The notes below the pieces were generated by a model. The model worked only from the letters and a program-made list of their open reading frames with translations. It was not told the origin of the DNA and made no database searches. Below are positions 1 to 10,397 of a stretch of DNA of 14,780 bases, one piece after another. The position numbers and the translations under genes were made by a program. The stretch comes from Trichoplax adhaerens (lineage: Eukaryota; Animalia; Placozoa), in contig NW_002061034.1 in NCBI RefSeq assembly GCF_000150275.1, positions 4,041 through 18,820 of the forward strand. The letters run 5' to 3'. How positions within the stretch are numbered: position 1 is the first letter of the stretch; each line of letters opens with the position of its first letter.

Positions 1-853
1 TTTTGCACATGGGAAGTTAAAATTTCATCAATTACTACATTTTTACGGAGTGTAAATCAGGCGTACGCCCAGTAAACACAAAGTCATAATCTGCATGGCG
101 AAGCGTGGTAAGCAAAGGTAGATTCGACTGTGCCCGTTTTTACAACGGGTATTACGAAGCTAGTGATATTCATAGTGACTAAGTCTTGATATTTAAAGAC
201 TAATTGATAATGATTATATTCATAATGACTAATCTTGATTGCTAATAGCAAATTTCAATAAAAATTATTTTTGGTAGCTAAATTATGACGATAAAAGGTT
301 AACATCTTCACTTCCTACAGCGATAGATAGTATTCTAGATGGACTAATACAAAAAAAGAATGAATTGCAGCAATGGAGCAGCTGTAGGTGTAACATACAT
401 ATGCAGGAGCTGCTGTTGAGCCAAGTTTATTAAAAACACAACTTTATCCATCTAAGGTTAACATAATCAGTACCTTCATTACTGCAGTTACAAATTGCAT
501 GCAATGACTTCATGCAGTACACTATGTACAAAATTATCTAGGGTTGCATAATCTGTGTTGCAAACTTAACTTCCAGTTGCAGTTGTAGGAGCTATATTAG
601 AAATGCTGAACGATACATGTATTTCAATTGGCTGACAGACTTATTCCTATCTTAAAATAGCGACTAATATTCAAAATAATTGCAATAGCCATAGCAATTA
701 GAAAAATACCATTCATCTTCTTTTTCATTTGTAAAACGATACTCTCATATACTGTACTGTATGTACTCGTTTTTCATTTCACTGAAAGGCTTTTTTCCCA
801 GCCATAAAACATAACAAAAACGTTGAAAATAACTATAATAGTAATAACTGATA
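1..853 (+). repeat. Copy A of a near-identical direct repeat (partner 13758-14780)
   Basis: Base-by-base match apart from a few substitutions, one 1-bp indel and a 169-bp internal duplication in the partner. Offset at the start is 13,757 bp. The repeat runs off both window edges. Confidence 0.97.
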
Positions 854-1051
854 TTAGGAAATGATTTCTTTACTCTTTTTAATTTCGCAGAATGAAACTA
901 TAACATTCCTTTAACCTTAAGAAACACTGCAAAGTAATTGTTTACTATCTGCCTTTAATAAAATAGTTTATGTCTTAGAATTGACGTCTCAATTGCATAA
1001 ATAAACGTTGACAATTTTCTTCAGCTTGCTACTTTAATAATTTTATAGACT

Positions 1052-1994
1052 TTAATATGTATAGCAGAATTTTGCCTTAATTGAGATTTCTTCGATGGTA
1101 ATGTCTAAAATGTAACGATAAAAACAACCCGATGTTAGGTATACGCTCGCCTTACCTAAGAATTATCAAGCCTAGTGTAGTATTGGCAAAAACAGCAATA
1201 AAGAGGCAGCTGTATATCTTTGCATTTGTAGATATACAGTACATCATACAGTATTATGATAGCTCCCTATCAAACTGCAATCAATGAGATTATGACTGTA
1301 ACATTATATAATTAGTTAACTAAGACAAGCTGGATAGCTATCAATTACAGCAGTTACAAATTGTAACTTACAACATCATTATCCCGTTTTGTAAGAACAG
1401 GAAGCTGGATATTTACTACGTATGTGTATAGTAAGATATAACATCAAAGGCGCTCTTCTGCAAAAACATGAGCATACCTCATCAAGAGATTCGAAATCGT
1501 CAAACAACTCCACAGTCGATGTTGTCGTAGATACCTATGCAGCGAAAAGTAATCAATTATGTATTCCATATCCGTATTTTGAGCTTTATTATAGCGCAAT
1601 TTTAGTTCATTTCATAGTGTATGGGACGTTGGCATAATTATGAGTAATCATATAGCGTTCGGTAGAGCTAAAGTGAATCTTTATTACAACATAATTTTAG
1701 TTCATTCCGTGGTATACATGGCGTTGGCATAATTATGAACAATCTTATAGCATTCGGTATAGGTAGATATTATTATCTATGAAAGAATGTTCGTTATCTA
1801 TTTCAAAACGTACAAAAAAATTTCTTCACCTTTAAGCCATCACTGCTGGTCAATTTTAATTGCAAAGCAAGATAGATGGAGATTTAGATGGACCATGAAA
1901 AACAGCCACAAAAGCATGAAGTTGAATCTCACTATACTGAGATTGCACAAGTTGGTAGGCCAGAGCAATATACGCGCTAAATTAGAAGTAGAAA
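1052..1994 (-). pseudogene. Decayed 3' exons of a spliced, probably single-pass membrane protein gene
   Basis: Minus-strand AG...GT-bounded segments: 1994-1830; 1534-1478 (57 bp, VSTTTSTVELFDDFESLDE); 1295-1156 (IISLIAV**GAIIILYDVLYIYKCK, TM-like with stops); a 51-bp gtaagg...ttttag intron at 1155-1105; and terminal 1104-1052 (ITIEEISIKAKFCYTY*). Confidence 0.5.
1584..1760 (+). repeat. Diverged tandem duplication, period ~95 bp
   Basis: ctttatta...aattttagttcatt...cgttggcataattatga...tatagc.ttcggta occurs from 1584 and from 1679. Confidence 0.9.
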
Positions 1995-2476
1995 CTGCAT
2001 AAGGTACCAGCAGATAAATAATAACACACGCCATGAATTATAAAATCTCCTAAACAGATAGTCAAGAGATATAACACCCTATAAATTTACAAATGGATTA
2101 TCAGGTTATAGTCGCGACTTCATAGTCTGTCAAACATTAGACAATGTCAATCACAGCGAGGTGTTATGAGATGGTTCGAGAAACATCTAGCTACTTGCTC
2201 GGCATCGTACGCGTTATTGAATGATCATTTGTACAATACAGTACAGTACTGTAAAAATATCGTCAGTACCTGAGACAACGGTATAGCGTTGTATACTGTA
2301 ACAACGTATACTTATTATCAACGTCAGAATATTCTGAAGTTCTAACCCGAATACAAGAGTCAAGTTTACAATACTGTACATTACGATATTATGTTAAAAA
2401 TAAAAAGCTTGAAGGAGAATTCTAAAAATTAATCTTCATTATATATTATAGAATAATTGCGTCTAAATTTTGTTTT

Positions 2477-2503
2477 AGATTTAGATATAGATAGATATAG
2501 ATA
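2477..2503 (+). repeat. Short imperfect TAGA/TAGATA microsatellite
   Basis: tagatttagatatagatagatatagata. Confidence 0.6.
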
Positions 2504-2869
2504 CTTAACTGTAACAATTGCAATTCAGTAGTGTAACATTATATATTTTAGTACGTTATACCAAGGATTAGTTCTAATCTATGTAGAGATACGCCTACTT
2601 ATTTCAACTGCATTGTATACGAGTATACACATACATGTATATATAAATATATGTTAAAATTTCGATGCCTAGCAACCTCGTTAGGCGCGAAATTATAATT
2701 GCTTACTTATTACTGAGAATAAAGAGTAGAGAGTATAAATTGTAAAAAAGGATATACCCAAGCACATCGCCTACACACATACTGGACGTAAAATCGTAAG
2801 ATACTATAATCATTACATTAAAATTGTGATATCTCTATCGCTGAAGCCACAAGATGTTAAAGTTAGTTC

Positions 2870-2878
2870 TTATAAAAG
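2870..2878 (+). promoter_or_regulatory. Candidate TATA box of gene 1
   Basis: ttataaaag about 45-50 nt before ATG 2919, positionally equivalent to ttataaag at ~9571 before ATG 9622. The AT-rich background lowers confidence. Confidence 0.4.
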
Positions 2879-2918
2879 ACGTGCATATGGAAGCAATTTT
2901 TCAATTCTTAACAACAGC

Positions 2919-3619
2919 ATGAATCACACAAGTTTATATCTGATAGCCCTGTTTTTATGTCATGCTAGCCTTCAAGTGGAGGGAAGAACAGTTTTCTATT
3001 CTACGTGTAATATTAGTAATCAAGATAGAAATGTGATAATAAATCAAGCGCAGAAGATGATGGAAGAAAGAAATAAGAAGGATAACCCGTTTACACCAAC
3101 TGTAATTGAGTTACTTGTGAAGATTCAATTTAACCGTACGCCCAATTTATTAGGGAATAACATTTTTTCTAGAAACATACGTGTATATATAGCTATAATG
3201 GAATATATTCCGACTGTACTATTATCTACTTCAAGCATGATGGGAATGAATTTGTATCCAGCGACTAAAATGATGCCAACAAGCATTAAATCGGATCGAT
3301 TACGCCATCTAACTATTTCAAAAAAGCATCTTTCATGCAATCCAAACGAAATCTATGATTATATACCTCACTTAGATCCCATTTGTGTCTACAAGTATAA
3401 TTTTTGTTACTTTTTCCTTATTGACCCAACAGATACTCTACTTAATGAGTCATCTACATCGGCTAGAACAGGAATTAATCTTTGGCCACTTGAAAGCTGT
3501 CAGTTCTTCAATCAAAGACATAATTTAATACTTGATAAAGGCCTAGTGTTGCTAATGATCTTAATGGTAGTGTATGCATTTTGGAACTATACATTAAAAG
3601 AGAGAAAAATTCGAGAATA
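2919..3619 (+). CDS. Gene 1, coding exon 1: signal peptide, ectodomain and first TM segment of an uncharacterised multi-pass membrane protein (spliced product 754 aa)
   Basis: ATG at 2919 begins a signal-peptide-like stretch (MNHTSLYLIALFLCHASLQVEG). The exon ends in a hydrophobic segment (GLVLLMILMVVYAFW) followed by GAA TA|gtaagt, a consensus donor at 3620. Clear paralogue at 9622-10397 shares PTSIKSDRLRHLTI and YIPTVLLST. Confidence 0.85.
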
Positions 3620-5290
3620 GTAAGTACCTAAAAATTACAATATTACCGGTACCTGTTTTGTATTAATTTAGTAAAGCTACTTCGAAGGATAATTCGGGAA
3701 GCGACATAAATTTGATTTAGAGATATATTCGTAGCTTTTAGTGAAACTGTCATTTTGTCACATGCACCATATTTTATATTATAGCTACATAATTTCTTCT
3801 TCGGATTAACATCGAGCTATATTCTGGATCGACATATTTGTCTCCATAAATTTTTTGCTGTATCTGTCCGTTTGGAAAACAATCACTATTAAGTTTTTTG
3901 GATCACCTGAAAAGATAATCACAACTTATATTATGTTACTTTAGCTGCGATAGCAATTTAAACTCATCAGGAAGATAATGTAGTCTGTTACCGTTAAATA
4001 GACACTACTATATAACTGTCGTGTTCAAATCACGACAAGAAAACCTGGGTCTTTAAATCCGCATAAACCGTGAGACTACAACAGCCAAGTGTACACATAA
4101 CGGGCTAAGCTCAGACTAGCGAAGCTTGTCTTAGGCTTTAAAATATTTTATTAAACGGAGACAGTCTTGACATTCAAGACTATTAAGCCCTGCAACACGT
4201 GTATACTACTACGGCAGACAGCTAATGAGGGCACCGAGCTTTATATACCCTAGCTCGGCTGCACTAGGTGCACAACTTAGACGAATAAGCCTAAAATATA
4301 TATGGCTTTATGTGGTTCGACTGTCTATATGATTTAGTATGGCAAACGGTGTAAACAACACCAATGAGTTATGAACTAAATAAGAGCCAATTAACGATCG
4401 AAGGCTCGGCATAAAGTAACAGAAATCACAATGTGTTTATAGTTGTCATCTCTTTAAGTAAATTTTTCTGCATAGGGTCTACATCACAGTATGACTAAAC
4501 TATCAATTAAACTAAATCATCGAGTAGCTAATTAATATAAGGTTATTAATTAGCTAGTATATAAGATCTTAATTACTAACACTAAAGCTATGATAATAAC
4601 TAACGGAGTCTGTAGTCTGTCATAATTACATTACTACTTCAGTCAATGATTCTATAATGGCTAATGTTGGCTGAACTTAAAGCGAAATAACGATACCTAT
4701 TGAAGGGAAGGTACCGTAGCACTAAAATTATAAAATCTACCACCGTAGCTCATGCAGTTTCCTTATTTGTCCTACTGCAATGCTATAGTCTGCTCGCTTT
4801 TACCGCTTACGTTGGCATTTAAAGCATAAAATATGGAATGGTTCTTGACCCTTCTATAAATACCTAAACTAAATACTATGATATACATTGCTGAGAAATA
4901 GTACGATAGTTGTCAGTTACAGTTTCTAAACGCGAGAGTCGCTGACGCATACAAATAGCATAAGTGTACCATTGCATCATATCATGTAATATCTGTAAAA
5001 TGCTTTATTTTATATTATTTACAAGACCTAGTTATGGCAATCGCATATTTGCATTAAAGTAGTTTTTCTTGAAACGATTTTTCTGTATTAGCCTTAATAA
5101 TTTACGCACCCGACAAAGCGTTCTTCAATCCATGTTGTGCATGTGTTGAAGCATCTTTATGGCAAATATAATACTAGAATAATTCTCGTAATTTCATTCT
5201 TTCTGGGAAATATAAAATACAGCTTACTATTTTCAATAATTTGAACTGCATATATGGACTAATGCAATTTTCCTATTCCTTTTCGTATAG
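3620..5290 (+). other. Phase-2 GT-AG intron of gene 1 (1671 bp)
   Basis: Donor gtaagt at 3620; branch-like actaat near 5259; pyrimidine tract ttttcctattccttttcgtatag ending at 5290. The join TA|T CAT GTA AGC keeps the frame. Confidence 0.8.
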
Positions 5291-6854
5291 TCATGTAAGC
5301 TCACTTCGTGAAAATCTTATGGTTGTCTACCGAAATGATGACACTAATTTAATGCAACTGTGTGCTGGATATATAATTAAATATATATTTGTGGAACATT
5401 GGCAGATGGTTCTTTTGATTATTCTTTTAGCAAAATCGATCGCTAGTTTCCTTATTTTTGGGTATCTAGGACCTGCATCACGGAATTTCGTAAAGCTTAC
5501 AAAGATTTTATTGCAATGCAGTATATGGAGTTACTATTTTATATTTCTCTATGGAATCGTTTGCATATCGATGCTTCTAGCTACGATATGTTCTATGTGG
5601 AAAAGTAACGAAGAGTCATGCCGATTATTGCAAGTATATAAGCAACATGTCTTTTATAACAAAAAAATTTCATTGGAAAAATACTTCTTTGATGAATCTA
5701 AAAAGAAGCATAAAGGAGATTGCGCATCAGGTTGTTTTAATTTTGTGAAGATAATACTTTGTAGGTTATGGTGGCTTGTGAAGAGTTGGAAGTTGATGCA
5801 ATTTGCTTTTAATGTAGCACAAATGCAAAGTTGCTACACCAGCAATATGTTTTGTTCTAATAAAGACAAATACACAAGCATCACACACTTAATTTCAATC
5901 CTGACATACATTTATTGCGTATATTCAGCCGCAATTATGGTATATATATGCATTTTACTTATTCTTTTATCCATCAAATTTCTGATACTAGATTTACTAA
6001 CTAATATGCTTGTATTATCATGTATTTCTTACCTTATATATTACTGCAGCCAATATTTATATTCAGATAAGAATATTCGTCTATCAAATTGTATAATAAA
6101 TAGTCTACAATATGTAAAAGATGAAACTCCTGACAATCACAATATATCACGTAAAAGTGGATCATTTCAAATTAAGTATGAAGCAACAGCAGAAAAAGTA
6201 AACGTCGACGTACCAGACATGTTAAAAAAATTAAGTCAAGACTTTAATAAGAAATTCGAGGACTTAATGAAAAATAATTTACTCATTACACCAACTTCAA
6301 ATGCCTGCATGATGGTGAAGTATTCGGGTGAAGAAGCTAATCTAGATGGAACGAATAATTTTAAGGTGACTTTCAGTAGCTTCGATGAGGAGTTAGATGC
6401 ATTGCGGACACCAATTGAAAATCTTTTACGCGATAATAGCGATAATTTAGTACGTTACAGCATATTTTTCGGTCAAAGCAATGAAACGTTTACCGTAATT
6501 CCTATATCACTTTTTGATTATTTGTATAATAATGAACCGAAAACTGCTTTACACCTTAAATTTATAATCTGCTATGTCATAATCGCTATAATGTCTATCA
6601 TCTTAATTATTTTTTATACATCCACCAATACTACATATCCTAAAGGTGGTATAGCTCTTGCGTTAATTTTTATTTTGTTTTCTTTTCTTCGGCCACTGAA
6701 TAACGATGATATCGAATCTTTTATCAGAGAGAAAATAATATCTTATAGAAATGGCTATACTTTTAACGATTCATATGCAATCAATTATAATAATAATGTA
6801 AGCATTCCAGTACGAATCATTATTGATTATGATAAAACAGAATTTTTGTATTGA
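5291..6854 (+). CDS. Gene 1, coding exon 2: about six further TM segments with two long hydrophilic loops
   Basis: Open frame of 520 codons in AT-rich DNA. Similarity to the paralogue begins at the acceptor (HVSSLRENLMVVYRNDDT vs HEGSSHEKYTAIYKDDNT). Shared motifs include CASG, LSNCIIN, VDVP, LSQD, KKFE and ITxTS. Confidence 0.88.
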
Positions 6855-6857
6855 CCT

Positions 6858-8222
6858 CCTATAGAGGTATACAGTATTCTAGATGAACTAATACAAATGT
6901 GAATTGCAGCAATGTAGCAGTGAAGCAGCGGTTGGTATAAAACACATAAACAGGAACTGCTACTCCTTTACTTATTTTAAGACAAGTTTATCGAAATACA
7001 ACCTTGTCCAGCTAAGTTTGTCATAGTTAATACGTTCGTTTTTCATTAGTGCCAAATTATATGCGTTAACTTCGTAAAGTACTCTATGTAATTATCTAAG
7101 GTTGCATAACATGTTACAAATTGAAACTCCAATTGTAGGTTTTAAGAGCTTTATTAGAAATGGTGAACTAAACCTGTATTTCAATTGACTGATAGGCCTA
7201 TTCCTGTCTTAATATAGCAACTATTTTTGAAAATGATTAATTACAATAGTCATAGCAGTTAGGAAATAATCTTTCCATCTTTTTCATTTGTGGAACGATA
7301 CTCGTATATACTGTATATATTTTGATTTACTGAGAGGCTTTTCCCAGTCATAAAACATAACGAACATTAAAAATAACTATAAAATTAACAACCAATATTA
7401 GGAAATAATCTCTTAACTCTTTTCGATTTTGCAGAATCAAACTATAACATTTACTTCAGAAATTTTGTAAAGCAATTTTTTATTATCTTCTTTAAATAAA
7501 ATAGTTTGTCTTAGAATTTGGCCTCTCAATTGTAAAAATAAACATTGATAATTTCTTTCAGCTTGTCACTTTAGTAGCTTTAAAGACTTTAATGCGAATA
7601 GCGAGATTTTATCTTAATTGAAATTTCTTCCATGGTAATGTCTCTAAGTAATGATAACAATATTGCAAAGATATTCGTATTGGGAAAAATAGTAAATGAT
7701 GTAGCAGCTGGATATCTTTCATTTGTAGATATACGCACATCAAATTACGATATCTTTCTACAAAACTGTAATCAATGAGATCATGACTGTAACATTATAT
7801 GATTAGTTAACTAGAGTAGCCTGAACAGATATATGCTATCCACTTTGTAAGAACAAGAATCAGATAATTACTAGGTATGTGCATAGTAAGGTATGATATC
7901 AATGTGCTGAGCAATAAACATCTATCTACCTCATCCAGAGATTGGAAATCGTTAAACAATTCCACAGTCGATGATGTAGTAGATGCCTATGAAGTAAAAG
8001 TAATTATATCCATTCAATTATATATTCAATACCTACACTTTTTAGCTTTATTATAGCATAATTTCAGTTCATCTCATAGTGTCTATGGTGTAGACATAGT
8101 TCTAAAGAAACGATAAAGAGATATAATAACCAATAAGTTTACAAATAGACCGTCAGGTTACAGTGGCGAATTCATGAGACAGTTCGAGAAACGTCTAGCT
8201 ACACGCTTAATATCGCACACAC
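6858..8222 (+). repeat. Older segmental duplication, block upstream of gene 2 (partner ~314-2212)
   Basis: Same collinear matches; homology starts within a few bases of the gene 1 stop codon. Confidence 0.9.
7589..7986 (-). pseudogene. Second, more decayed copy of the minus-strand gene remnant
   Basis: 57-bp exon 7986-7930 (ASTTSSTVELFNDFQSLDE) with both splice sites kept; TM-like exon with stops (MISLITVL*KDIVI*CAYIYK*); terminal ITMEEISIKIKSRYSH* with the stop at the homologous position. Confidence 0.45.
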
Positions 8223-9449
8223 GATAGAATCATTATGAGTGCGCAACATTTCTTAGTACAAATATTAGATAAACTCCAACTACCGAGATGATAATGCCAA
8301 TTGAGCTGCGTTCAAGGACTGATCAACTATGACCACATACAAATCACAGAACAGCCATTTACTTAATTACTTGTAATTGCAATATTCCATTTTTTTCCTT
8401 TTGGCCAAGTATGCGTGTAGATCTAGACTGACGTTTTACATGCGAAGACACAGATATAAGTTAAACATGAAGAGCGTAAGATATCAGTCAGAACTATAAT
8501 TTTAAACCTGCTATTATCTTATTAAAGGATAAGCTATGATAATATTAGGGTAACCTTACGTTGGCCTAGTACCAAGTCAATCAGATAGTGTGCAGGTATA
8601 CCAACACATGCTGCATCAAAATCTGGTCACTCTAGCTGCAGCCAGGTATATCAACAGCACAAAGTATACTCACGGACTTTTAAGAGGTAAACTTGCACAG
8701 AAGTTATAACCACGCAGAGTACTGTATACCATTAGATCTGCTAAAGAAATATGAAAAACTTGGTACAATTCTTGACTCAACAGCACCAGCATGTGACAAG
8801 ATACAAACACTGTACCAGATAGTGGGTGGAATTCTACATTCAGTAATGTTACGTCTTTCAACGGTACATCTTTGGTTTTAAAGATAGCACTACATTTCAT
8901 TTATACTTTTATTTAAATATCTAATGCGAAAATAATAATATTGCTATACAGTACTGGGGACTTCGAAGACTAATAGTCCGTAGTAGTAGATTGAAGTTAA
9001 ATCTTGATTGTAACCCAGCCATCTTCGCTAAGTTTTGTTTAATTAGGTTAAATGTTTAAAAAAATAGACATTATACTATACTGTATACTGGACTATAAGA
9101 TCGGTATTACGACGTGACTTGTAAAATAGTTTGGAGCGACCGTACATGGAATGGCGACTGATAGTTTGTATTCGAAATTTGAAAGAAATAGAATTATTCA
9201 ATACTTCGATAAAAGTAATTAAAATATCAAAAGCCATTGCTCAAGGTTGTACTGATCTGTCTGTATGGACTTGGAGCCAAATTGAAGGCAACACAATACA
9301 GTATAGCTGAGAACGTCTTTCAATCATTTGAGAGGACTTGCCACGCCCATATAATAGTGGTCTATTATAAATTGTGCAGCACTGTTTCAGAACCGAACCT
9401 CTCTCTGACAGGTCTAGCAGCACAGTACTCGTTGCCCCTGGCAACATTA

Positions 9450-9611
9450 GCGGGAAAAATTAAACTTAATGTACGGTACAGCATTTATAAAGCGGCGCCC
9501 ACCGCCAATTGCTCAACATTAGCGTGAAAGATTCGGCGGGAAAAATTAAACTTAATGTACGGTACAGTATTTATAAAGCGGCGCATGTGTGTCTTCACGC
9601 CAATTGCTCAA
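9450..9611 (+). promoter_or_regulatory. Tandemly duplicated promoter-like module (E2F-like GCGGGAAA, TATA-like TTTATAAAG) directly upstream of the gene 2 ATG
   Basis: 49-bp unit at 9450-9498 and 9536-9584 (1 mismatch, period 86), each followed by cgccaattgctcaa. Function is inferred from motifs and position. Confidence 0.55.
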
Positions 9612-9621
9612 TTTTCAAATA

Positions 9622-10397
9622 ATGCTTTCCAAAAATTTACATCCAGTAATTCTGATTTTATGTCTTGCTAGCCCTCAAGTAAATGGCCCACCAGTTTCCT
9701 ATTCTCCCAACGATATTGATAATAATTCATTAAGAGATTTGATATTAATTCAGACTCAGAAGATAATAAAGACAGAAAATATGTACGATAATTATGAGTG
9801 GTTCATATCGCAGATAACGACGTTACTTGCTACTAAGAAAATAGAAATGACGGAAAAAAAGTACGAAAATGATGGCCCGCTCACATCTAGGATAATCGAG
9901 TTACATGTAAAGATTCAATTTAACTCCAGTTCAGGCAATAACGTTGTTAAAAACATGACAGTATTTGTAGCTATAATGAGATATATTCCAACTGTATTAT
10001 TATCTACTGCAAGTTTCATGGAATTTGATATGTTTCCAGCAATTAAAATGATACCGACAAGCATTAAATCAGATCGATTACGCCACTTAACAATTCAAAA
10101 AAAGCTTCCTTTACGTAATCTAAACGAAACCTATGGTCGTATATCTCACTTGGATTCCATTTGTGTCTTCGAAGATAATCTTTGTTACTTCTTCTCTATT
10201 AGCCAAACGGATGCTTCACCCTATGGATCATATACATCGTATGGAATAGAAAATAATCATTGGCAATCCGATAATAGTCAGTTCTTCAACCAAAAACCTA
10301 ATTTAATATTTGAAAACATCCTAGTTTTGATAATAGCCTTTATGGTAGTGTACGCATTTTGGCAATATCTATTACCAGAGACGCCAATTCGAGAATA
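9622..10397 (+). CDS. Gene 2, coding exon 1: signal peptide, ectodomain and first TM segment (spliced product 729 aa)
   Basis: ATG at 9622 begins MLSKNLHPVILILCLASPQVNG. The exon ends ILVLIIAFMVVYAFW...IRE then TA|gtaagt at 10398, the same junction sequence as gene 1. Confidence 0.85.

Larger units (their letters stand above)
314..2212 (+). repeat. Older segmental duplication, block upstream of gene 1 (partner ~6858-8222)
   Basis: Collinear diverged matches, e.g. agtattctagatggactaatacaaa / agtattctagatgaactaatacaaa and gttcgagaaacatctagctac / gttcgagaaacgtctagctac. About 1640-2060 is missing from the partner. Confidence 0.9.

Noticed and set aside
1422-2034. Short ORFs 1422-1637, 1787-2002 and 1840-2034
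   Set aside because: Not preserved as ORFs in the paralogous block and of chance length; they overlap the minus-strand pseudo-exons.
2826-2918. ORF-track N-terminal extensions (2826, 5241, 9589, 11499 starts)
   Set aside because: These use GTG/TTG starts; the extensions lie upstream of the signal-peptide ATG or inside the intron pyrimidine tract and are not conserved between paralogues.
3125-3340. 71-aa minus-strand ORF
   Set aside because: Antisense shadow of gene 1 exon 1.
8670-9527. Short ORFs 8670-8900, 8693-8881, 9237-9527 and 9241-9447 as intact genes
   Set aside because: No recognisable full products; at most they are frameshifted remnants.
9450-9611. CRISPR-like repeat-spacer-repeat
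   Set aside because: Only two units, the 'spacer' is itself partly duplicated, there are no cas genes and the context is eukaryotic.
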